Source of the DNA: Armatimonadia bacterium
GTDB lineage: Bacteria; Armatimonadota; Zipacnadia; Zipacnadales; UBA11051
Assembly: GCA_039683575.1 (NCBI GenBank)
Contig: JBDKRC010000117.1
Span: 1-21,573, forward strand
Length of the DNA stretch: 21,573 nt
Direction of reading: 5' to 3'
Shown: one piece after another, positions 8,421-17,196 of the stretch
Numbering within the stretch: the stretch's first letter is position 1
Layout of the letters: each line of letters opens with the position of its first letter
Notes under the pieces: generated by a model
The model's database searches: none
What the model saw: the letters and a program-made list of their open reading frames with translations, nothing else
What the model was told of the DNA's origin: nothing
Translations under genes and position numbers: made by a program

Positions 8421-9535
8421 GCTTCTGCCCTCATCACCTGATGGTAGACCGCCATGGTGTCGCGCCCCATCCGCTCCAGTGTGAAATCAGCGGCCCGCGC
8501 CAGACCGGCCGTGACCAATGCGCGACGAAGATCATCTTGGGTCAGCACTCGATACAGCGCTTGAGCGATGTCCTCAGCGTCGTAGGGATTAACATATAGA
8601 CATGCATCACCTCCGACCTCAGGCACCGATGAGGTACGGGAGGCCACGACCGGAACCCCACAACTCATCGCCTCCAGCACCGGCCTTCCGAAGCCCTCAT
8701 AGAAGGACGGAAAACAGAAGGCGGACGCACCGGAGTACAAAGCCGCGAGTTCAGCATCAGGCACGTAGCCTGTGACGACAATCTCGCCGTGCCGGCCGTC
8801 GGGCGGCAGTATTCCCTCTGGATCGTGGACATCGGCGTCCCGGGGGCCAGCCAGGACCAGCAGGGGGCGGTCGATGTCAGTCTCCCGCAGCAACTGAAAC
8901 GCCCGCAGCATCCCCGCGACGTTCTTGCGTAATTCAACCCGACCAACGACCAGAACGTATGGCCTATCGAGCCCGTAACGCTTGCGAACAGCGATGATGG
9001 CTTCAGGGGCTGCCGGCTGAAAGACCTCATTCACCGCTTGGTACACCACCGTCATCTTCTCAGGCGGCAGGCCATAGAAGTGGGTTAGATCGCGACAGGT
9101 GTGTTGGGAATCACAGATCACATGGTCGGCACGCTCGAGCCACAGGGGAGCCCACTGCTGGAAGAAACGACACAGCCACGGCGAGGCTAGCTCTGGGAAC
9201 AGTCGGGGGATGCAGTCGTGCACGGTAGCGACATAACGGCAGGATTTGATCAGGGGCAAGCCAAAGGCCGGACTATGGTACACGTCCGCGCCCTCGGCTA
9301 ATAGCAACTCCGGCAGCTCAAGTTGCTCCCAGAGATCAGCACCGGGAATAGGCAGAAACGCGCGGTCATAATTCGACAGCGACATGAGAGGTCGGAGAGC
9401 TTCAGGGTCCCCTACAAGGGTAAAGCTCTCGGTGGTTCGGCAACGGGACAGGCCGCGCGTCAGGGCGGCGGTGTAGTGACCGATCCCTGACATGCCTGTG
9501 TTGCCGATTGAGCCAGCATTCAAAACGATCCGCAT
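8417..9535 (-). CDS. Glycosyltransferase family 4 (MtfB/WbdB-like type); first gene of the operon
   Basis: Motifs [46 protein letters not shown]. Start placed at ATG 9535 (MRIVLNAG) after GGGGGG. Confidence 0.92.
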   Translation of the reverse strand: MRIVLNAGSIGNTGMSGIGHYTAALTRGLSRCRTTESFTLVGDPEALRPLMSLSNYDRAFLPIPGADLWEQLELPELLLAEGADVYHSPAFGLPLIKSCRYVATVHDCIPRLFPELASPWLCRFFQQWAPLWLERADHVICDSQHTCRDLTHFYGLPPEKMTVVYQAVNEVFQPAAPEAIIAVRKRYGLDRPYVLVVGRVELRKNVAGMLRAFQLLRETDIDRPLLVLAGPRDADVHDPEGILPPDGRHGEIVVTGYVPDAELAALYSGASAFCFPSFYEGFGRPVLEAMSCGVPVVASRTSSVPEVGGDACLYVNPYDAEDIAQALYRVLTQDDLRRALVTAGLARAADFTLERMGRDTMAVYHQVMRAEA

Positions 9536-10124
9536 ATGCCCCCCGGTTTCCCGTTGATGAGTCACGGATTTCGCCAGGAAGTGCAGAGTCACCTTCTACG
9601 AAGATTCAGAGTCGGCAGTTGCCGGAGAAATCCTCTGAAAGCCCCCCAGCACTGGACATTTCGGAGAGCCCTGGATTGCAGTACCACCGAGTTTCGGCTG
9701 ACCCCGCACGCTGCGCCTGATCCCGCTGGCTCCGTAACCAGACATATGTCCCACGTGCCCGACAGAAGGCGTGCGGAGGTCAGTTCGTGAGAAGGTGCAA
9801 CTTGCCATCCCTCCTCGCCAGCATACGCTAACGCATCTCATTTGCCCAAGGGGCCGTCAGTTGTAGATGGCGTGGATGCGATGAGGCTGCACACGCCTGA
9901 GTCATTCCTACCTTACCTCTTGGCATGCCTGTGGTGATCGTGTCCTGCAGGAAAGACGTGGCCTCGGTTGCACCTGAAGGATTTCCCTTATCCTGTGAGG
10001 AAGCAGATGTTTGGGGGGAGATTCCCAGCCTCTATCTCCGTCTCCCCCGCAGCCAATCCGCCGCAGCACTCTTCCGCCTCAGGGATGGTGCCGCTGCGCG
10101 GCCCGAAGTTCGTAGGGGGCTCCA

Positions 10125-12218
10125 ATGGCAGATCGCAATGACTTCTGGTTCCCGCCCGGAAAAGGCGTTCAGATCGGCTGGCATTTTGTACCTGATGGTA
10201 TGATCCACGTCGGCGCAGGGCTACGGGCCGTGTCCGGAGGGAGTGTGGAGCCTGCACTGATAGACCCGCGGCTGGCAATTGGTGAACCCACAGCAGGCAG
10301 CGTTCAGATCGGGTACTGGCCCTCGTACGACAGGCTGACGCCAGATTGCCGAGCCACGTATCTCAACTGGCTTGCGACGGGGCGATCTGACCCTGGCATT
10401 GACATCGGATATGTCTTCCTCTTCTTCTACGGTCTCGAGCGTCGACTATTGGTCGATTTGAAGCCCTCAGACTCCCCCACCAGTGAATGGCAGTACCTTC
10501 TCGCAGAGCTGCGTCGATTGCTGTCAATCTACGGGGCCAGCGGCTCCTTTCACGGCTACGCCTCCTCACTTATCGACTTCTGCGTGGCGCTGTCGCAACC
10601 TGTTGCTGACAATTTGCCACAACCGCCTCGCGAACGCGTCGGCTATGATCTTCCTGTTTCACTGAAGTATGCGTTAGGTACACTTTCTGCTCAGGCTAAG
10701 CCCATTCCCTGGGAGTGGGCGTTCTCCTGGTACGTCTGCCACCCGCAGACTTCCTTGCGCACACCAGCCAAACGATGTTCTAAGGAATTCAGGGCATTGT
10801 TTGGTTGGCGCTACGTTGCTGCCCTCGGCCACGGGCTCGTTGTCGAGCCCAATAAGACGATGCTGGCAGTCGAGCATCGGCCAGCCAGCGCCTCGTTCAT
10901 GGGCAGGTCGTTTGTTGCGAAAACGACAGTACCCGACGTGACAGTGCTGAAGCGCCCCTTCGCCACGGTGAGCAAGCTGGGCGAACAATGTGAACTTGAC
11001 CTTGAGCCGTTCTCCCGCTGGCTTGGCCGCAATCCCGAGCGGCGGGGGGATCTTGAGGCTGTGGCACTACTGCCGGATGAGCTTGCTCGTGGACATAGGG
11101 GCAGTGCGGTCGCAGAGATGAGGCAGTGGGCAGAGGAACGGCTCCAAAACCAGCCGAGGATCGCGCTGCAGGCAGATGACCTGCTTAAGTGGACGCCGTC
11201 TCCTGCGGCCGACAAGCTCTCCAAGAAGGAGGCCGTGCTCTTTGCCCAACTGCTCGGCAAGCTGGGCTACGGGCTTGAGCCGGACGTACGGTTTGGTGGA
11301 CCCTGCCTGAGGAAGGGGGACATGGCCACCATCTTTCGGTTGCCCCAGGACGCGGCATCAGCGGCTTCGGACGAATACTTGGCTGCGACGCTGTTGACGG
11401 ACTTGTTTGTGGCCGTTGCGGCTGCAGATGGGCAACTTGGGAAGGAAGAATACGGTCTTTTGGTTTCGCACATGAGAGACCAAATGGACTTGTCGGCGAA
11501 AGAGGCCACCCGTCTCAACGCTCATATCTGGTGGCTCTATCACGCCAAGCCGAGTATCAAGGGCATACAGAAGCTCTTCGTCGGCGTTGGCGCGGACCAG
11601 ACCAGCGCCCTTTGTCAATTCCTCACGCAGGTTGCGTGCGCCGACGGTGTCGTTTCGCCCGACGAAGTCAGCGTACTGGTGCGGGTGTACGAGATGCTGG
11701 GGCTTGACCAAGGCCAAGTTCACCGTGATATCCACTCCTGCATATCAGGAATCTCGGCACCGTCGGCCGATCCCGACAGTGCGGCGGGGGACCGGGCGCG
11801 TCGAGACGCACCAAGATCATCACTCGGTACGGAGCCTACAGGCAGCAGGCGGCAGCTTGACATGAGTCTAATTCAGCGGAAGATCGCTGAGACGGCGAAG
11901 ATCGCAGATGTGCTGACGGGCATCTTTGAGGAGGAGGACGAAGCAGTCGCGCCAGGCGCTGGCGAGCAGGCGGCGGTGAGTGTGGCGGGGCTCGACCAAG
12001 CGCATGCGCTGCTTCTTCACGATTTGCAGGAACACAATTCGCTGGCGCGGGGCCAGTTCGACGAAATGGCGGCGAGGCGTTCTCTACTTCCAGACGGGGC
12101 TTTGGACGCGTTGAACGAGGCGGCGCTGGACGCGTGTGACGAGATGGTTTGCGAAGTTTGCGGTGATGTGATTCAGGTCAATGCTGACATATTGAAGGAG
12201 ATGCTGGCGACATCATGA
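10125..12218 (+). CDS. sngA: TerB-N/TerB/TerB-C domain protein, Shango SngA-like
   Basis: TerB_N signature (GYWPSYDRLTP..RATYLNWLATGR, IGYVFLFFYGLERRL), two TerB-type ADG motifs (VAAADGQLGKEE, VACADGVVSPDE) and a TerB_C-like end (LLPDGALDALNE). Context with ATPase and helicase. Confidence 0.85.
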   Translation: MADRNDFWFPPGKGVQIGWHFVPDGMIHVGAGLRAVSGGSVEPALIDPRLAIGEPTAGSVQIGYWPSYDRLTPDCRATYLNWLATGRSDPGIDIGYVFLFFYGLERRLLVDLKPSDSPTSEWQYLLAELRRLLSIYGASGSFHGYASSLIDFCVALSQPVADNLPQPPRERVGYDLPVSLKYALGTLSAQAKPIPWEWAFSWYVCHPQTSLRTPAKRCSKEFRALFGWRYVAALGHGLVVEPNKTMLAVEHRPASASFMGRSFVAKTTVPDVTVLKRPFATVSKLGEQCELDLEPFSRWLGRNPERRGDLEAVALLPDELARGHRGSAVAEMRQWAEERLQNQPRIALQADDLLKWTPSPAADKLSKKEAVLFAQLLGKLGYGLEPDVRFGGPCLRKGDMATIFRLPQDAASAASDEYLAATLLTDLFVAVAAADGQLGKEEYGLLVSHMRDQMDLSAKEATRLNAHIWWLYHAKPSIKGIQKLFVGVGADQTSALCQFLTQVACADGVVSPDEVSVLVRVYEMLGLDQGQVHRDIHSCISGISAPSADPDSAAGDRARRDAPRSSLGTEPTGSRRQLDMSLIQRKIAETAKIADVLTGIFEEEDEAVAPGAGEQAAVSVAGLDQAHALLLHDLQEHNSLARGQFDEMAARRSLLPDGALDALNEAALDACDEMVCEVCGDVIQVNADILKEMLATS

Positions 12219-13546
12219 TGCCCGACATCAAGCCCAGAGATCGTGACGCGATTATCCAGTCCCTGCGAGCAGGGGTGGTTCCGAGAACGGGCCATCAGCA
12301 CATACAGGTAGGCCGAGCAGATGAAGTAACCGCCCTGGTCGGTGACATCGACCGCATTTCCGACGGAGGGGCTGCGATCCGCTTCATTATCGGTGAATAT
12401 GGGTCCGGCAAGACGTTCTTCCTGTTTCTTGTCCGCGCCATTGCTTTGCAGAAGAAGCTGGTGGCGACCCATGCCGATTTGGCCCCGGAGCGGCGTTTGT
12501 ACTCGACCGGCGGACATGCCCGGGCATTGTACGCCGAGCTGATGCGCAACATATCCACCCGCGCCAATCCCGATGGTGGGGCACTGCCCAGCATAGTCGA
12601 ACGGTTTGTAAGCTCAGCCCTGAATGAAGCACAAGCAAACGGCACAAACGCAAGCCGGGTGATCCAGGCACGGCTTGAGCAGTTGAGCGAGATGGTGGGC
12701 GGATATGATTTCGCGCAGGTGATTGGTGCCTATTGGCGCGGGCACGACACCGGCAACGAGGTACTGAAGTCGGATGCTGTGCGGTGGCTACGGGCTGAAT
12801 TTTCCACTCGCACCGATGCACGAGGCGCGCTGGGCGTACGAACGATCATAGATGATACAAACGCCTACGATCACCTGAAGCTCATGGCTCGTTTTGTGCG
12901 GCTGGCCGGCTTCGGCGGCTTCCTTGTCTGCATGGACGAGATGGTGAATCTCTACAAACTGACAAACACTACCGCGCGAAGTTCGAATTACGAGCAGGTT
13001 CTGCGCATCGTGAATGACGGTCTTCAGGGAATATCGTGCGGGTTGGGGATCATGTTCGGCGGGACCCCGGAGTTTCTCACCGATACGCGCAGGGGCCTAT
13101 ATAGCTACGCGGCACTGCAGTCGAGGCTTGCCGAGAATAGCTTCGCCGTCAACGGTTTGGTAGACTACTCCGGCCCTGTGATACGCCTGCCCAATCTTAC
13201 TCCCGAAGATTTCCTGGTGTTGCTGACTCGTTTGCGGCACCTGCACGCATGCGGCGATGTCTCGCGTTACCTGATACCAGACGAAGCGCTGCATGCGTTC
13301 ATGGATCATTGCTCAAGCCGAGTCGGTGACGCCTACTTCCGAACGCCGCGCAACACGATCAAAGCCTTCCTGGATCTGCTTGCTATCTTGGAGCAGAACC
13401 CAGAATCCTCGTACGTCGATCTAATTGGGACGGTGGCGATAGATCAGGAAATTAACACCGACCTGCTACCGCTAACGGACGAGGATGAACCCGAGGCAAC
13501 CGCCACGGAAGGCGATGACGATGAACTTGCCTCGTTCAGGCTCTGA
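12215..13546 (+). CDS. sngB: P-loop ATPase (DUF2791/BrxD-like), Shango SngB-like
   Basis: N-terminal IIQSLRAGVVPR, Walker A GEYGSGKT, Walker B LVCMDE, RRGLYSYAALQSRL. ATGA overlap with sngA. Confidence 0.88.
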   Translation: MMPDIKPRDRDAIIQSLRAGVVPRTGHQHIQVGRADEVTALVGDIDRISDGGAAIRFIIGEYGSGKTFFLFLVRAIALQKKLVATHADLAPERRLYSTGGHARALYAELMRNISTRANPDGGALPSIVERFVSSALNEAQANGTNASRVIQARLEQLSEMVGGYDFAQVIGAYWRGHDTGNEVLKSDAVRWLRAEFSTRTDARGALGVRTIIDDTNAYDHLKLMARFVRLAGFGGFLVCMDEMVNLYKLTNTTARSSNYEQVLRIVNDGLQGISCGLGIMFGGTPEFLTDTRRGLYSYAALQSRLAENSFAVNGLVDYSGPVIRLPNLTPEDFLVLLTRLRHLHACGDVSRYLIPDEALHAFMDHCSSRVGDAYFRTPRNTIKAFLDLLAILEQNPESSYVDLIGTVAIDQEINTDLLPLTDEDEPEATATEGDDDELASFRL

Positions 13547-15755
13547 ATTGGGTCAGTACCCCGACGGAGGGGGCGCATTCGAACAGCTGCATCCCTCGGT
13601 GCAGCGATGGGTCTATTCACGCGGCTGGTCCAAGCTGCGCGACATTCAGGAACAAGCCGTAGTGCCGATTCTGGCGGGGGAAGACGTCGTCATCGCTGCG
13701 CCAACAGCTGCCGGCAAAACGGAGGCCGCGTATCTGCCGATCTGCTCATCTATAGTGGGCGAGGAGACAACAGGCCTTAACGTCCTCCACGTGAGCCCGC
13801 TCAAGGCGCTGATCAATGACCAGTACCAGCGGCTCGAGGACCTGTGCGCCGACTTGGAGGTGCCTGTCCACAAGTGGCATGGGGACGTGGCACAGAGTAA
13901 GAAGCAGTCTGTGGTAAGGGAACCTGCTGGCATCCTGCTGATAACGCCTGAGTCACTTGAGGCGATGTTCGTCGTTAGGGGGCAGCAACTCCCGCGGCTG
14001 TTTGCATCGCTGCGTTACGTAGTGGTTGATGAGTTGCACGTCTTTCTCGATACAGAGCGAGGGCAGCAACTGCAGTCTCTCCTGCACCGGCTGGAACTCT
14101 TGCTGCGAAGGCACGTGCCCAGGATCGGGCTGAGCGCCACCTTAGGGGATATGCAACTTGCTGCCAAGTACCTGCGTCCGACCGGCAAGCATGCCCCACG
14201 GCTAATCGTGGGTGCCAGAGGAGGTAAGGAGCTTCGACTTGCTATCCGCGGCTACAAAGATACCGGGCCGGCCGCCGCCAATAAGGATGATTCCGACAAC
14301 CATCGAGTCCCCGCATCGCATGCGATTGCGGATTGCCTTTTCGAAAAGCTCCGTGGCACCAACAACCTCATCTTTGCCAATAGCCGGTCAAACGTCGAGT
14401 TGTATGCCGACCTTCTTCGCGAGATGTGCGAACAGAGGCGAGTGCCGAATGAGTTCGGCGCGCATCACGGCAACCTCTCGAAGGAGATCCGAGAGGAGAC
14501 AGAGGAGCGTCTTAAGCGATCTGAACTTCCCTTCAGCGCCGTCTGCACAAACACCCTCGAACTCGGTATCGACATAGGCAATGTCGAGAGCATCGCGCAG
14601 ATCGGATCGCCCCCCAGCGTGGCCAGCATCAGGCAACGCTTAGGGCGGTCTGGACGGGGAGAAGGCAAGCCTGCCATACTTCGGCTGTTCGTAACCGAGC
14701 GCGAACGCAACCCACGAACCCCGCCCCAGGATCTCATCAGGGCCCACCTGGTTCAGTGCATCGCGATGGTGAACCTGCTCCTACGCCACTGGTGCGAACC
14801 CTCGTCAGATCAGGCACTCCATCTCTCCACTCTCGTTCAGCAGGTGCTTTCCATTCTCGCCCAGCTTAGTGCCGCCCATCCCCAGCCGCTCTGGGAGGCA
14901 CTTTGCCGGACCGGCCCGTTCGAGCATGTTGATCAACGGACCTTTGCCCGTCTGCTCAAGAGCATGGGAACGAACGATCTGATCTCGCAAGACGCGAGTG
15001 GGATGCTCATGCTCGGAGCTGAGGGTGAGCGAATTGTCAACCATTACGGGTTCTATTCAGCCTTTGTCTCAGCAGAGGAATACCGTATTGTCACCAGTGG
15101 GAAAACTCTCGGCACCCTTCCCGTGGATTACCCCGTAACCGAGGGCATGTACATCATCTTCGCCGGTCAGCGGTGGTTAGTGCTTGCAGTCGATGGTCAT
15201 AGCAAGGTCATTGAGGTGACGCCCGCGGCCACAGGCAACGTACCCCTCTTCTCGGGCTCGGGCGGCATGATACATGATCAGGTTCGCCAGGAGATGCTGG
15301 CCATCTACCAAGCAGAAGATGTTCCGGCATTTCTCGACTCAACTGCTCGCTCTCTATTGTCTGAAGGCAGGCAATCCTTCAGGCAATTAGGCCTCAACGC
15401 ATCTCCAACTCTGCAGATGGGCAACGACATGTTGCTCTTTTGCTGGATGGGGGATCGCGTGCTGAATACCTTGTGTCTGCAGTTGGCGAACTCGGGGTTC
15501 AAATCGGCCAGGGATGGCGTCGCTATTCTCGTGGAGAACTGCACTCAGGCGGCGCTGACTGAGCACCTTCGAGTGTTGCATGCCGCTGGGCTCATGGAAG
15601 GCACAGAACTGGCCGCTCTTGCCAAGAACAAAGACAGCGAGAAGTATCATTGGTGTCTGGATGAGGAACTGCTCTGTCTTGACTACGCGTCGACGTATCT
15701 CGACCCGGTCGGTGCGGCTACTACAATCGCCAGCCTACTAATGCGCATGGAATAG
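13515..15755 (+). CDS. sngC: Lhr-like DEAD/DEAH-box helicase, Shango SngC-like
   Basis: Q motif (LRDIQ), APTAAGKT, SPLKALINDQ, TPESLE, DELH, SAT, HHG, TLELGIDIG, QRLGRSGR. Start uncertain (13485, 13515 or 13521); overlaps the end of sngB. Confidence 0.88.
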   Translation: MTMNLPRSGSELGQYPDGGGAFEQLHPSVQRWVYSRGWSKLRDIQEQAVVPILAGEDVVIAAPTAAGKTEAAYLPICSSIVGEETTGLNVLHVSPLKALINDQYQRLEDLCADLEVPVHKWHGDVAQSKKQSVVREPAGILLITPESLEAMFVVRGQQLPRLFASLRYVVVDELHVFLDTERGQQLQSLLHRLELLLRRHVPRIGLSATLGDMQLAAKYLRPTGKHAPRLIVGARGGKELRLAIRGYKDTGPAAANKDDSDNHRVPASHAIADCLFEKLRGTNNLIFANSRSNVELYADLLREMCEQRRVPNEFGAHHGNLSKEIREETEERLKRSELPFSAVCTNTLELGIDIGNVESIAQIGSPPSVASIRQRLGRSGRGEGKPAILRLFVTERERNPRTPPQDLIRAHLVQCIAMVNLLLRHWCEPSSDQALHLSTLVQQVLSILAQLSAAHPQPLWEALCRTGPFEHVDQRTFARLLKSMGTNDLISQDASGMLMLGAEGERIVNHYGFYSAFVSAEEYRIVTSGKTLGTLPVDYPVTEGMYIIFAGQRWLVLAVDGHSKVIEVTPAATGNVPLFSGSGGMIHDQVRQEMLAIYQAEDVPAFLDSTARSLLSEGRQSFRQLGLNASPTLQMGNDMLLFCWMGDRVLNTLCLQLANSGFKSARDGVAILVENCTQAALTEHLRVLHAAGLMEGTELAALAKNKDSEKYHWCLDEELLCLDYASTYLDPVGAATTIASLLMRME

Positions 15756-15810
15756 TGCCATCGCAGTAAGACAAGAGGTCTGCCGCAATCCATCATCTCC
15801 TGGGCCATCG

Positions 15811-15838
15811 GTCGTCTCCGCGCGGGCGTGGATCGAGC
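15811..15838 (+). repeat. Solitary degenerate CRISPR type I-C-like repeat (not an array)
   Basis: GTCGTCTCCGCGCGGGCGTGGATCGAGC resembles the I-C repeat pattern GTCGC-(stem-loop)-GCGTGGATTGAAAC. It is intergenic between convergent genes; no cas genes in the window. Confidence 0.4.
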
Positions 15839-15865
15839 ATGAGCCGGTCGATCTCGTACAAGACG

Positions 15866-17116
15866 CTAAGGCCGCGGCCGGTCGCCAGCATCAGGGCGGT
15901 TCGGGACCTGGTGCCCCTTTCTCCTCGGCGTCCGCACAGGTATTAGTTTCTCCTGCTCCAGGTACCGGCGGATCTCACGCACCCTCCTGCCGCCTGAGTT
16001 CAGCAGATCCTGATCGTCCTCATTCTTGTAGCCATGGAACTCGAAGCGGAGTGGGTAAAGGCCTTGCCTAAATGCTTGCCTGACCAGGTCCGCGTTCTCC
16101 GCTTGCCCCTCGGATTTGAGTAACTCCTCGATAACGAACTTCCGAAACCTCGTCGACTTCTCGAGCTCGCCGCTCTGGCGCCTATAGCGGATCGCAAAGC
16201 GGTTGAGTTGCGCGAGCCACTTTCGCTTGTTGTCGGGCGTGATCGGGACCATGTTGAAGATTGAGGTCTTCCATAGTTCGAGCTTCATTTGCCAAAGAAT
16301 CTTGTTCTGCAGATTGGCGCCGAAGTAGAACGGCAAGTAATCGAACCGTAGGCACTGAGAGAATGGTGCTGACGAGCCGGCGCGAGTAGTGGCATCTGCC
16401 GACGCGCCTCCAAACTCAGATTCGCTGTAAGCCTCCTCCATTTCCTCACGATACTCCAGCAAAGCCAGCACTCCCTCTTCCGCCAGGATGCGCTGGGCCT
16501 CCTGCGTCTCCACCTCCGGGGCGCAGCGCCAGCGTCTGCCGGTCCGCGCGCTACGCGGCCCATAGTTTAGGTGGTCGAGCCAGGGTTTCCCCTCATCAGG
16601 GATGATAAGCCCGTGCTCGATCCAGGCTGAAGCCCACTTCTGCCATTTACCCGCCCAAAGCTCCCGGTATCGATCGGTGTCAGAACAGCGTCCATCGAGG
16701 ATGTCGAGCGCTGTCACGAAGTCGAGTTCGTAGTACGGCAGTAGCCGATGACCCCAAAAGATGGGCTTCAGGGTTCCCTCCTTTGCCATCAGTTCCAGGT
16801 AGAAGTAGGGATACACCCACTCGTCATGTTCATCAGCGATCACCCCCGGATTCTGCTTGCAGAGCTCGACCAGATGCGACAAATCGATCGGCAACTTAGT
16901 GCCGCGAGGCATGCCGCTCTTCAGGGTTGACAGGGAAACGCGCAGTTGGCTGTAGTCGGCAATCGCCTGGCCGGGGAAGTTGGGCAGCGCGAACGGGGCC
17001 GTGGGCAGGATCAGCGGGTGATCTCCAAGGCGGTCTAGAATGAGGTCGCCGCGCATGAGATGCCACGGTTCCTCACGCATCGTCTCGAACAGCGAGGCGG
17101 CACTGAGATCAGCCAC
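15866..17116 (-). CDS. Hypothetical protein (~416 aa), aromatic-rich with a basic C-terminus
   Basis: Long ORF filling the space between the helicase and the recombinase. GGAGG lies 8 nt before GTG 17116, which avoids overlap with the divergent integrase. No family recognised. Confidence 0.75.
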   Translation of the reverse strand: MADLSAASLFETMREEPWHLMRGDLILDRLGDHPLILPTAPFALPNFPGQAIADYSQLRVSLSTLKSGMPRGTKLPIDLSHLVELCKQNPGVIADEHDEWVYPYFYLELMAKEGTLKPIFWGHRLLPYYELDFVTALDILDGRCSDTDRYRELWAGKWQKWASAWIEHGLIIPDEGKPWLDHLNYGPRSARTGRRWRCAPEVETQEAQRILAEEGVLALLEYREEMEEAYSESEFGGASADATTRAGSSAPFSQCLRFDYLPFYFGANLQNKILWQMKLELWKTSIFNMVPITPDNKRKWLAQLNRFAIRYRRQSGELEKSTRFRKFVIEELLKSEGQAENADLVRQAFRQGLYPLRFEFHGYKNEDDQDLLNSGGRRVREIRRYLEQEKLIPVRTPRRKGHQVPNRPDAGDRPRP

Positions 17117-17196
17117 AACGGTAACCTCCATGAATGCGGACAAGTGTGCGGTCTTGTCCGCTGCGCTACCCCCAGGCGAGCTGCGACAATCGTAGC

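Noticed and set aside
9596-9841. 81-aa minus-strand ORF upstream of the GT operon
   Set aside because: No recognisable motif, and the AGGAGG is only 1 nt from the internal ATG; not supportable as a gene.
12215-15755. BREX system (BrxD/BrxHI-like pair) or tellurite-resistance operon
   Set aside because: No pglX, pglZ or brxC and no terZACDE genes; the triad fits Shango better.
15756-15910. CRISPR array
   Set aside because: Only one credible degenerate repeat; no regular repeat-spacer periodicity and no cas genes.
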